NCBI GenBank assembly: GCA_040954595.2
Contig: CM082579.2
Coordinates: forward strand, 124,001-188,000
From: Balanoglossus misakiensis
Lineage: Eukaryota; Animalia; Hemichordata
Direction of reading: 5' to 3'
Length of the DNA: 64,000 bases
Shown here: one piece after another, positions 25,124-50,748 of the stretch
Layout of the letters: the number at the start of each line of letters is the position of its first letter
Position numbering within the stretch: the first letter of the stretch is position 1
Translations under genes and position numbers: made by a program
Notes under the pieces: generated by a model
Databases searched by the model: none
What the model was told of the DNA's origin: nothing
Seen by the model: the letters and a program-made list of their open reading frames with translations, nothing else

Positions 25124-26238
25124 TTAGCACACTGAGTCATTGTCACCCACATCACTTAATACACGGTGATCTTTATTCTTCAAGAAAGTCTTCGTCAGAT
25201 AGTAATCAGCGATACTCCATCTAAATGAAGTGCACACAATCAATACACATTGAAAAAAACATTTCATACAAAAAAGCTACAGTAGGGAGGTGTTGTACTC
25301 CTTTTCCACTGTTTTCATAATTGGAATTATTTAGTGTGCATGATTACCAGGTCGAATTTTTACTGTTGGTTTGAGGTGGATCAAGTCAACAAGCAAAGAA
25401 GACAAAAAACAGATTAGTGATTCCGTATTCACAAGTAAACAAAAGTAGGCAATCACATGAGTACAAGGTAATGTTGTAGACGTTTGTTGGTAGGTAGATC
25501 TTTCATGATAGAAATTTTTAAATGAAGTTTTTGATACAACTTCATAAAGAGTTCTTACCTGTATCGTGCATTTACAACAAGAAAGGTCAAGTTGATGGCT
25601 TGCTGTAGATTGGCATTGCCTGCAAATTCTGATGGTAGGGTAAGTACTTTCATTGATATGTAAACAGACGAAATCATTGATATTATTAGGTTTTCAAAGG
25701 CAGTCACCAGCAGAACTGATCTGAACGCTCGCTGAATGGCTGGGTACTTCTTGCTGTCTGAGTTATTTGGGCCAGTGCGGAAATTAGAAACGACCATCAG
25801 AACAGCTGAAGTTGTTTCTTCAAACGGCCAGAAGTAGTAAAGATATGCTCCAGGTAGCCCTATGTTTGCCACAGCCACAGAGTAATGGTAAACCCACACG
25901 ATCACAAGTGCTAAAAGGTATTTCCAGAAAAAGAGCTTCTTTGGCAACTTTCCCAGGATGTGACCATAAGTTGGTTTCTTCTGCTCAAGATGATGTAACA
26001 CAGCTAGCCATAAAATTGAAGTAGCAATGGAAAGTACAGGTAGAAATGGCTCAAAGGCATATCGATGAGGTATTGCTGTAAAATGCAGACATGTTGCTGT
26101 GGTAGAGACATTGACAAGGCAGTTGCCAAATACATATGTGAACATAACCAGCAGACACAGACGAGCGGCCAACAGTGCTACAGTAAGGACCAAGGCTAAA
26201 TTCCACCACTGAGATCCAATGGTTCCATTTTGGGGCAC
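25124..26238 (-). CDS. Unidentified multi-pass membrane protein (about 5-6 hydrophobic segments)
   Basis: 680-nt exon 26238-25559 (TAG|GTG acceptor, AG|GTAAGA donor) joins in phase 2 to 25220-25124, giving ..NARYRWSIADYYLTKTFLKNKDHRVLSDVGDNDSVC*. 5' end not resolved. Confidence 0.65.
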
Positions 26239-29200
26239 CTAAGGATTTAGAGCATATTAAGTTTCTGTGGTAATGTCTGTCTGCAGTAATATTTGTTTGT
26301 TTCTTTGTGGAGTTTTTGCCTTCACTGACCTGAAATATGACATGCCTGGTGGCGACAGCCAGCCCGAGAAACAGGTATTATGGCAGCATGAGTAAAGTTT
26401 GATGTTTAGATGTTTTGTAATAGCACAGTCCATCCATGGAGGGACTGTGTAAAGGGTACAGCTATCATTTTGTAGCTTAACTTGAATGATAATGATTTGA
26501 CCTAATTTGAAAATTTATCAATTAATCCCACTTATTTGCCATTTTAAGGAACTTTACGCACCAAAAAATATTTTCTCTGTTACACAATGCAGTAAAGTTG
26601 TTAAACAAAGTGGCAAAGATTTTATAGCTATTAACAGGTAACTGAAACACTTACATTATTCGGATCCTTTTTTTCCTCACAGACCTTAACATTGATTTCA
26701 TCAGTGACTATGTCTGAAAGGTCAGTATTTTCCATTTGTATGTCTGTGGACAGGAATTTAATACCAAAAAATTCTCACACCATAACATATCAATGTATAC
26801 ATATATGTATGCTGTCAGATCTGAAACACATCATTCAATGGACAAGGCGGAAACACACAGAAAAATAGCTGACAGATTTTGCAACAAAAGTCCTTTACAG
26901 TACCTTCTTGTGATTGATTCTGCACGTCAGCCATATTCAACACTGGATAACCACTTTTTGAAGAAAAGAGTCAAAAGTAAACTCCAAATATTTGACTATG
27001 TGCACAGACTGTGAAGCCAAATACACATTGATACAGGAAGAGTGAAACAATGTTGTGTCACTTCGTTTATCGCATAGTTCAGTTTATATGAAGATTTATG
27101 ACCAACTGTAGAACACTGAACTGTAGGTCGAGGTTTTATTTTTATTGTTACAAAGCATTCTATTCAATCAGTGGTGACATGGCCACAACATCACAAGTTT
27201 TTTCCCCTTTTGAACAAACAATATATTATCAAATAATACACTATCACGTGCACAATAGAGAATAAATCATGTTTTCCAATAAATTTGCCGATTAGAGTTA
27301 TATTTTTTGTTGATATTAATCCTCTACCACCACTTGTCAATCATCTGCTGTCATTATGGTGATGGCATAATACACTTTGTGTATGCGTTTAGATTTCCCA
27401 ACGTGACAAAATATGACCCAAAAGCACAAATTTCGCAATGAACCAGCATATTAAATTTCAAGGCAATTAGACCAGCATTTTCAGAAGAGTCACTTGTTGA
27501 CGGACAGACAATTGGCGTAACTGACAAGTTCTGTGTCACTGGCAGTGGAGCCAACAAAAATAATTGGATAATAGCATACACATAAACCAAATTATGTTTA
27601 TATGACATATTTATTGCAAAAAAATATACATGAACCTGTAATTCCAACAGACCATAGTTTTTAGTAAGCTAAATCTCTGAAATTACACAAATCAGTACAT
27701 AATATGGAAGTTTGAAGCTCAAAACACTTCTCACTTTTGAAGAAGGCATTTGATTTGGTCAAGCAAAACCAGAATGGTACAATGAGAATGCCTACACGAT
27801 GACAATCACATTATTTTAGTTTTGTACATACAAAGTATTTGTTCTCTCTCTCGACTACAAACACTTGCAGGTATTAGTGTGCACTTAAATTTTCACAAAG
27901 ATCAAGCACAGTTGGCCAGAGGCTTTTAACTCAAGAATGCATGTAGATATCAGCATAAGAGAATACTTCACTGGAAATGGACCGGTTTGTTTTTGACATA
28001 ATATTTTGAAAGTTTCACTGAAATAATCTGAAGATAAAAAGTTAGCAAGAATGATTAGCCAAGGCCAAAGTATCCCAACCTGGAAACACTGTCTTCACAT
28101 CTTCATGTCATTATACATATACCACAGAAAGAAAGAGATCATGTCGACTGAAATATCTTCAGCAAACTAGTTTCAACTTATAATGTATAGACTTGGGAAA
28201 TCCTTCAAACATCAACTTCAATAATTGCCCTCAAATCTAGGATACTAGTAAATATGGATTCTTGGATCAATCAATGAATCAACTGACAATTAAATTCACA
28301 CACTCCCAATGTTCAAACTCTCAATATTGCTGGCTTGGGTGAGCATGTCTAGTCGAAAATCTAAATATTTGATATATCAAAATATTTACAAAGAAAAATG
28401 CTCCATTTACTGTCAAAATCAAAACTGGAAAAATTCATATGCGAGTAAGCCCCAACACGCATGCAAATTTGGATATGAGTAAAATATAAAAACAAAATCC
28501 ATTCAAGATTTTGAATTCCAATGTAAATGAGATTTCATCCATTTAAGCTGTACAGTTACAGCACACAAGTGAAATAATGGTTCTACTATTTCTTAGACTT
28601 TTCATTGAGTATTGATGGGGACATGACAATTTGTAAAGATCAACTTAACATAAATGGAAATTAAAAAAAACATTTAATTATAAATTACTAAAGTATTTTT
28701 TGGTAAATTTGCTTATGAAAATGTGTGACTGGTTACATTTCTGATGGAAAACTGCCAAACTATTTCTAGTTTTTGGCTTTTAAAAATTTTTCCATTAGAA
28801 TTTTAATGTCTGACATGATTTGAAACTTTTAGGCCTTGTTTTATTGGTTTCAATTTTGTGCTAAAAGATCTGTAATTATCATAAGAAACTTCTACGCACA
28901 TACACAGGTAGGCTTATATAAAGAAGAATATAAATTTTAAGACAGACATAAAACCTCTAAACTTCCAGTATTAGTGGTATCTGGTTACATATCATTGGTA
29001 TTATTACAGATTTAAAAATGAAAAACTGAGTCAAGATAAAAAATTGTACTGTTTCAATGTTTATATTATTAACATATTTCATTATTTTACAATATACTTT
29101 AAATCTAGTCTAGAATTAAAGCTGCAAGCAGCGTTGGCGGGGCACAAGCGGTTCCCATGGTAACCAGCAAATGCCAAGGCTGTATCTGCTGTGGATGCCA

Positions 29201-30338
29201 AGATATTGGAAAGTAGGTCAAAGGTCACCTGAGGTCACCCCAAATTTGGGCAAAAAAATCGGACCCCATACAAGTCTAGGTCCAACAAAAACAAGACCCC
29301 TAGCTCTATTGGTTCGCCTAGAATTAGGTATGTGCATAATTAATGAGGTCTTGTGTAAGACTCCATATGTGCTCCATCTGCCCCACAAAAGCCAGGACTC
29401 TAACTGCTGTGGATGCTGAGATATGGGAAAGTAGATCAAAGGTCATCCAAGGTCACCCAAAATTTGGGCATAAAATTTTGATCCCAGAGTGGGCCATGTC
29501 CAACTAAAACCAGACCTCTAGCCCTATTGGTTAGCCTGGAATTAGATATGCAGAAAAATGATGTTTCAGAAATAGGTCAAGGGTCATTGCCAAAATTACC
29601 AAAATATTTGTGTCATGTCCTGGCAGCATTGGTACCCATGTCCACAAAATTCATGACTGTGATGCTTTGACAAGAGGAGGTATGGGGAATATGCATATAT
29701 AATTAGTTGTTTTAAAACTGGGTCAAAGGTCATGTGAAAATTGCCCTGAAAAATTGTGACAACTTCCGGTCATATGATGACTCATATCCAAAAAAAGAAT
29801 TTCCATGCTGTCATCATTTTGGCTACAAAACGGAATTATCACTTTTCAATGGTTTTCCGAAAATCCAATATGGCCGCCATAATGATCGACCAATCACAGT
29901 GCGCTTCGCAAACTTGATAGACATAGGTTAGGTGACCACATATCCCAAATCCCGAGACTCGGTAACCGCTGGTTCTGGAGAAGAAGATTTTTAAAGTTTT
30001 AAGTAGTTTTTCAGAAAAACAATTGTAGCAAAAAAACTTTATGTATGACGTCATGATTTCAATGGGGTAAAATGATGGACAGAAGGTAGGCTACCTGCAC
30101 ACCAAATTTGAACTCGATCGGCCCAGTGGTTTTTGAGAAGGACTCATTTAACGATTTTCAGGAAATCCAATATGGCCGCCAGGTCACGTGACTAATTAAA
30201 TATTCACGGGCCACTGCACGTCTACTCATTGGCCCCTACCACCCTACCAAGTTTCGGCCCCCTAGGTGCTGCCGTTTTCCAGATTTACAATGACATATTT
30301 CTCAGAAGAAGAAGAAGAATAATAATAATAATAATAAG

Positions 30339-32293
30339 ATTAAAGCTGCAAGCAGCATTGTCCGGGCCCAAGCTCTATTATCTGATCTGCACATAATTAA
30401 TGAGTAGAAACATAATGCTGTGTTTTATCCCATGACATATCAAGGTTATATCTATGTTTGGTGCTGATATTGTGTTAAGTAGGTCAAAGGTCATCTGAGG
30501 TCACCCAAATTTTGGGCAGAAAATTTTGACCCATAGTGGTGCATGTCCAACAAAAACCAGACCTCTAGCCCTTTTGGTTAGCCCGGAATTAGGTATGCAC
30601 ATAAATAATGATTTAAGCAGGTGTCATAGGTGACCCAAAACTTTGGCTTTTCATTATGGCCCCATACCTCCAAACGCCAAGGCTGTATCTGCTGTGGATG
30701 TCGAGATATGCAAAAATAGGTCAAAGGTCATCTGAGGTCACCCAAAATTTGGGCAGAAAATTTTGACCCATAGTGGTCCATGTCCAACAAAAACCAGACC
30801 TCTAGCCCTTTTGGTTAGCCCAGAATTAGGTATGCACATAAATAATGAGTTAAGCAGGTGTCACAGGTAAGCCAAAACTTTGGCTTTTCATTATGGCCCC
30901 ATACCTCCAAACGCCAAGGCTGTATCTGCGGTGGATGTCAAGTTATGCAAAAGTAGGTCAAAGGTCACCCGAGGTCACCCAACATTTGGGCAAAATATTT
31001 TGACCCCATACTGGTCCATGTATAACAAAAACAAAACCTCTAGCCCTTTTGGTTAGCCCAGAATTAGGTATGCACATAAATAATGAGTCAAGCAGGTGTC
31101 ACAGGTCACCCAAAACTTTGTCTTTTCCGTATGGCCCCATACATGTACCTCCAAACGCCAAGGCTGTATCTGCTGTGGATGTCGAGATATGCAAAAGTAG
31201 GTCAAAGGTCACCCGAGGTCACCCAACATTTGGGCAAAATATTTTGACCCCATACTGGTCCATGTATAACAAAAACAAAACCTCTAGGTCTATTGGTTCA
31301 TCTGTAATTAGATATGTGCATATTTAATGAGGTCAGCAGAGGTCATGAAAAGTAGCAAAATTTTTTGATCACATACAAATCCACATGCATCAAACACCAA
31401 ACTTATAGCCCTATTGGTTAGCCTGGAATTAGATATGCAGAAAAATGATGCGTCAAAGGTAGGTCAAAGGTCATTGCCAAAATTACCAAAATATTTATAG
31501 CTTATTCTTGTCATATGATGATTCATATCCATAAAAAGAATTTCTGTGCTATCAATTTTTAGGCTAGAAAGGGAATTTTTACTTTTTAATCGTTTTTCAC
31601 AAAATCCAATATGGCCGCCATAATCTTCGACCAATCACATTCCCCATCGCAAACTTGATAGACATCTGTTTAATGGCCACACACACCAAATCTTGTGACT
31701 CGGTTATAGCCCGTTCTGGAGAAGAAGATTTTTGAAGTTTTACTATGGTTTTTCGAAAATCCAATATGGCCGCCATAATCTTCGACCAATCACAATGATC
31801 TTCGCAAACTTGATAGACATCTGTTAGGTGACCACATACCCCAAACAGCGTGACTCGGTTATCGCTGGTTCTGGAGAAGAAGATTTTTGAAATTTAAGCC
31901 AGATTTCAGAAAAAAAATTGTAGCAAAAAAACTGCAACATTGTCAGCATAATTTCCAATTACAAAAATGATGGGCAGAAGGTAGTCTACCAGCATGCCAA
32001 ATTTGAAGTTGATCTGACTTGTAGTTTCTGAGATCTGAGATTTGCATTTTTTTAGAAAATCCAAGATGGCCGCCAGGTCACGTGACTAATTAAAAATTCA
32101 CAGGTTCAATGCACGACTACTCATTGACCTTGACCACTGTAGCAAGTTTCAGAAGTGTACCTGCAGCGGTGTCTGAGATCTAGAGCGACAAAGAATTGAC
32201 ACAAGAATAAAGAAAGAAAGAAGAAAGAAGGAAAGACAGAAAAACCCCAACGAAACCAATAGGGCCCAAGCGCTGGTATGCGCTTGGGCCCTA
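30339..32293 (+). mobile_element. Inner non-autonomous Helentron/DINE-like element B with internal tandem repeats
   Basis: 5' attaaagctgcaagcagc, subterminal gggcccaagc (30364-30373), purine microsatellite at ~32203-32240, 3' hairpin tagggcccaagcgc-tggtat-gcgcttgggcccta (32260-32293). Homologous to A along its length. Confidence 0.85.
30470..31330 (+). repeat. Internal tandem array, ~237-244-bp unit, about 3.5-4 copies
   Basis: cctccaaacgccaaggctgtatctgc recurs at 30667, 30904 and 31148; gtaggtcaaaggtca is in every unit. A separate ~155-bp duplication begins at 31601 and 31756. Confidence 0.9.
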
Positions 32294-32962
32294 AAAAATT
32301 CCAACAATAACAATGGGGGCACAAGCCGCCTGAGGGCGCTTGTGCCCCCAATTAAGGTGATAATGTTACTGTAAATTGAATACAAATCACAATTGTAAAT
32401 ACAAATTGTGCAAACTAATGCTGAATGGGCTGGTAGGTAGGTAGGTAGGTGGTTGAGCGGGTGGGTAGGTGAGTGATCTCAGATAATTCTCATGGTTGAG
32501 GAAGCACAAATGAGTCTACAGCAATAAGTCGTCAACTAATTGGAAATGTCTTCGCTTTATTGATATTTGTTGACTTGAGAAACAGAGAACTGAAATGCTG
32601 GAATGACAACAAATGAGATGTGTTATTCATGATTTCTCTGCTCTTCAATGTGGGCATAGCCATGCACGATATTCACCCAGCAATCAGAGACATCATGAAC
32701 CAGGTTGGATACAAGCCAAGTGTGCTAGTATGGTCAGTGTAATATACGATCCAACCTGCAACGCATACTGCACATTTTTAATGACTATTTCTACAAAAAA
32801 GGACAATAGGGTTTATCATTACAACAACATACCTTCTGGCCTTCAATTGCTCTGATTCACAGGATCAAAGCAACTGTCACTTGGACTAAAAAGTAGAACT
32901 ATATTATCATGACAATTCATATCTACTGATATTTATGATGCCTATATAATGTTATAATCTTT

Positions 32963-45758
<12,796 letters not shown>

Positions 45759-47092
45759 GTTGACGTTACTCCGAGCTGACTTCATACGTTCTCACTGTCC
45801 GCCATATTTGTTAATAATATGTATGGCGCATACAACGTTCGATGTTATTAGTGTGTCTTTGAATTTCTAAATTATGATAAAAATCGATGCGACTGATAAA
45901 CTCGTGTTATTGGCATACGTTATATAGAATTACACGTACTGTACTGAAATAGATGTTCGTGTTTGTTGACTCTCTGTTTTAAGTCTCGAATAAATGTAAA
46001 GAAATACCTGCGGGTGTGGGGTGTAAATGTTGAATTGAACGGCAATTTTCCTGAGATGTTGAAGTTAGATTGGATTCGTTTTCGTTGGAAGGGGGGGTGT
46101 TCAAATTCGATTTCGGTTTTCGAAAATTAAACTGTAGTACAATGTAGTTGTGTGCATTTTCGGGCGATCCGCAACCCTCATTGTTGTTGTTACTAGCATG
46201 GAAATACTGTGCCAAAAGATTAATATAATTTCAGGATAAATAAACCTCAAAAAGTATCAAGCACAACCTTGAAATTATTGGATGTCGAAAATTAGATTAT
46301 AAAAATAGCATTTTTGTCATCTAAAAAGCGTTATTAACCAACACACCCTCAAGATGCTAGATGTACACTTGTGATGCACGATAATAACCAGCTATATGGA
46401 CTTAGCTGTTAAATATAGTGATCAAAATATTTTTCATGCATAATTTATTTTCGATTGCTCGAACACGAATCCGAAACCCAATCCGAGACGAACTTCAGCA
46501 AATTAAGATACCATAGGGAACAGAGGAATCTTGTTGTGACGATGTCATTCCTTGCTATGGTTTGTCAATTTTGTAAACAACTGTATAAAAAACACTATAA
46601 TCGTGAGCCCCCTCCCCAAAACAACAACAAAACAACAAACAAAAAAGGCCCCCAACTCATCCCCGCCTTACAATAAGATGAAAGTAATTTTGGGAGACGC
46701 AAGGTGTTTTTTTTTTGTCATGGTTATAGTGTTCTTGTACAGTTATGTACAATATCGAAAACAACAGCAAGGAATGGTGCATTGTTTAAAAAAAATGTTT
46801 ATCATCATCATCATCATCAGCAACATCAACAACAAAAACAAGATTTCTTGTTCCCTGTGGAGACAAGTGTGTATTGTAATCACAGGGAGCTCGGGCTCCA
46901 ATTGTGTTGATATTTGTTTACGATAATACACGACACACCAACAGAGCTAAAAAGTTAATATTGTTTATTTGTTAGCAGGTATATATTCAAATGTTAGAAT
47001 TATGGTTGGGGTTAACGTTGTGTAAGGGTTCATTGGATGTGGAGCAAATTAAGAAATAAACAAGTAAGGGTTTACCATTATAAGCCAAACAA

Positions 47093-50000
47093 CTTTATTG
47101 AACTTTGCAAGTCAACATATTACATCACACATCATGAATTTTACAGTCTTTTACAATATATATATACACTAGACCTTTTTACACTATCTGTTTAAATCTA
47201 TCGTACTAGCATTGATCAACATGCGAGTTTTATCATCTGTAGCAAGGTACCTTATCTGTAGCATTGATGTTAATGGGATCAACAGTGACAGCGCCACCAC
47301 AGTTTGTAGTGAGATTCTGCTTTTGTAAAGAATTGATCAACAGGTCATCTTACTAACATTATGGCTAATACGAATCAGAAGAACTTTTACAAAACAGAGT
47401 CATGTCATTGCAGAATTATCTATAAACCATGACCAAAGTCTGTAATCAGAATGTAGAAAACTAGTGACAAACTCTAGAGCTGATACCAACTTGATTAGCA
47501 GCCAGTTCCCAATGTCAAAATGTTCATCTTATTGTCAACAGATGCACACTCAAATACAATTTTGCAAAGTTTAGTTTGAAAAGCAAGATTAACATAACAT
47601 GCAGCTCCATCTGATGTTCAGATAAAAACACAAGATTGCTTTCATCCTGATATGTACGGTAATATTCGCACATCAAATACAGGAAACACTGATGATTACT
47701 TGATGCGAAGCTCTCCAATTTGAAATTTTCAAGTTATTCACAAATACAAACTTTCACACCAGAATCTTTTCAAGACAGTAAATAAGTTGGCAACTGATGG
47801 TCTACATTGAGAACATGTTACAGCCACATTTCTATGTATGTTATATTTCCCACACTGAAATGCTCTTCTGGTATAACAATGATATGATTTTTACTTTCAA
47901 CTAATTCCTTAAGAACACAGCAACTCATGACAATCATAAGTATCAATGAACAAATCTATTGACTATGTATGCACAACTCTTTTATTTTTCACCAAACTGC
48001 GTTTTGTTTTGATGACATGACAAAGGATAAAAAAGGTTTGCCTCTTTCAGACAAACTGGTAGAGGATATTAAAATTGGTCTTGGCTCAGTTGGTGGGTAT
48101 GCATACCACAAAGAATGTGGGTATAGATTTTATTTCTTTGAATATCATGGCAACCAGAACAAATCCTACAGATACATAAATCATTAGTTAGTAAATGAAT
48201 TCAAGGACAACACTGATTTATTACACTCACCTTTCTGACCCATTTCTGCACACATGGATGAAACACATGCCATTAAAAACAATGCACATGTAGTTGAACA
48301 AAATTAAAGTAAAAACACAACAAAAACAATGTTTCATGTTTTTGTCAGCTTTAGAATCTATGACAAATTGTGTCAGCCTAACAGAGAATATAAAATGTTC
48401 TCATGTCATATTCAACCCTTGTGTTAGAAATCGCACTAGCCTTGACCGGACATACCTGTGGGATAACAAACTGACTGATGAAGATACAAGTTCAATGAAT
48501 AAAGAGTAAATTCAACAGTATTAAATAGGTACAAACAGAGAGAAAATTCATTTGCAACAAGGTCCCATATCTTGGACAACAACGGCACACAAAAAGAAAC
48601 CAACACTGTTCTTTACCATGAAGTCTAGTCCACATATGTCTTATCGGTACCTTATTTAGCATCTACTCATAAAAATCTCACAAACTGCAAGCCACACATT
48701 TCAAACAACTACACAACAAATATGGCTGGATATTTACACACATCTTAAACATCAATTCCATAGATTTAAAATATCAACAATCGCCACTACAGCTAACCTT
48801 TATTGCTTTTTTTTCTTCCTTTCTTCACTCAGAAATCCTGGATTGTCTACACTATTACTGTTCAAGCATACCGTACTGTCAGTATTTGACCAGATCAGAA
48901 CACTTCTTATACTTTCTTCTAAGCATGAACTGACAAAATATGACACATTGTGAGGTTTCTATTAGTACACATGCACTCATTGCAAACTACAGGTAGAACA
49001 TTTCCTTGGCATGAAACTGAAACATATGTAGTCAATTGAGCAGTGTATCCATTTATCTGATATGAAAGGTGCTTCACTGGTTGGTTTGCTCTTGAGCTCT
49101 GGTACAGACTGAACAGGCATGATAAGAAATTCAACTTGAGTAATCAACAAAAAACAAATCCAAGGAGAAGATGACAAATTTTCATCAAGATATCATAATT
49201 AACTTATCAGAATACAGAAACATTTCACACTATTTCATTGTATAAAAAAAGACCAATTTTAGTGTGATTTATCAAATTTGGCAGAGGAGAAAATATTTTT
49301 CTCCCCATGGATAAAATTAACAATAAAGCACCAGTCATTTAATATTTAACAATCCTGAAAGAAAATACTGCATAAATTATTTTTTGTTAAGTTGTTCAAA
49401 ATTGAGATTAAAAAAAGTAAGACTGTAATAATATCATTTCCACTCAAACGGTGAGAAAAAAAATGAAAACTAACAGCACTTAAATCAAGGATCATTTTAA
49501 AATTACACTGTACATAGTATCAGAAGTTTTGTACCTGGTTACACTTAAAATGATTAACTTTGTTGATCAAAGATATTTAGCTCTATGGTATTAGTGCATA
49601 TTGTTTATCTTGACTAACCATGATCATCATTAGAAGTGAAACCAAACACCTACCCTTTTTATATTTGTATGATGTAATCAACAATAATGACCAAAGTCTT
49701 CCTGCCCCACTGCTCCAGTCGCACTACTTGAGTGTAGAGTCAAGAGTTGAAACTGAACATTGTGTAAACTGGGACATTATTTATATTTGATAATGTTCAT
49801 GATGTTTCAATTTTGATTCTTCATGTTTATGGTGTCAACGCTTAGTCTGAAAGTAGTGAATTAGTGGCAAATGTAATTCTTTTCGAAAGATTTTGATGGA
49901 AAACATGTTATGATTGGGAGTCAACATCGGCAAATGTGATCAGCTTTTTTTCAAGTGTCCTCAAAATATTACAAAAGTTGAAAACATTTTTAATGTTTTG

Positions 50001-50748
50001 AACACTTGAACTGAGGTTGATTGATCATTGCCTTATACCAAACACAAATGGATATTGTAATGTAAGGGCAGACGGAACACTATTTACAACTTTTCTGTAT
50101 TTCAAAAAAACAACTTGATTTGTTGACTGGCAAAAAAATATAGGGGAGGCAATGATCTATTTCAAAGCCAACTGGATCGTTTTTTTAAAATATATAGCTA
50201 CCATTCAGAAACACATCTACCAATCCCATTCAATTGTCTAGCTATGGAATGACATCATTCTTTACCATTTACAAAATCAGGAGTGAATTTACTTATCCAA
50301 GCATTACAGAAATCACATTTCCCGTTAAAATCCATGCTACTTCCCAAGCTTGTAGCATCTCCCCATTCTCACTTCAAGGAAAAAATCCACCTTTTGAAGT
50401 CATGGCAAACAATTATAATTTCTGTCCATAACTCTGACTGCAAAAGGACACTTCACAAGTTTACTTCTCATTCTTTTACAAATGTAGTTTCTTGCCAGAT
50501 AAAAAGAACAATCTTTAGGTAAAGTCAAGTTGCAAACAATGAAGTTTTTCTTGAAGAAAAAATAGCTTAAAGAGGGTGTATAAATAAATGCCCTTGGTAT
50601 GGTTACTACTTGGAAGGTTTATCTCTAAAATTGAAACTATCAGGTAGTCTACAGCTGTGAAACAAATGAAGCCTGTCAACTTTATCTTGGTACTTTGTTA
50701 GCAACCTCTATCTTGACTGCAACCCAAGTGCTCAGCTGTGCTGTGTTG
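47093..50748 (-). other. Probable long (~3.6 kb) 3' UTR of the MTMR gene
   Basis: No credible exons downstream of the stop codon; minus-strand AATAAA at 47098-47093 is the candidate distal poly(A) signal. Confidence 0.4.

Larger units (their letters stand above)
29114..32351 (+). mobile_element. Outer non-autonomous Helentron/DINE-like element A (29114-30338 plus 32294-32351), interrupted by element B
   Basis: 5' aattaaagctgcaagcagc, subterminal ggggcacaagc (29139-29149), (AAG)n(AAT)n microsatellite at 30304-30337, and 3' hairpin tgggggcacaagc...gcttgtgccccca (32314-32350) carrying the same subterminal motif. Confidence 0.8.

Noticed and set aside
25555-25558. Apparent premature TAA in the membrane-protein ORF
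   Set aside because: It lies in the donor AG|GTAAGA; splicing to 25220 continues the frame.
30470-31330. Regularly spaced repeats as a CRISPR-like array
   Set aside because: Whole ~240-bp units repeat with no unique spacers; eukaryotic context with no cas genes.
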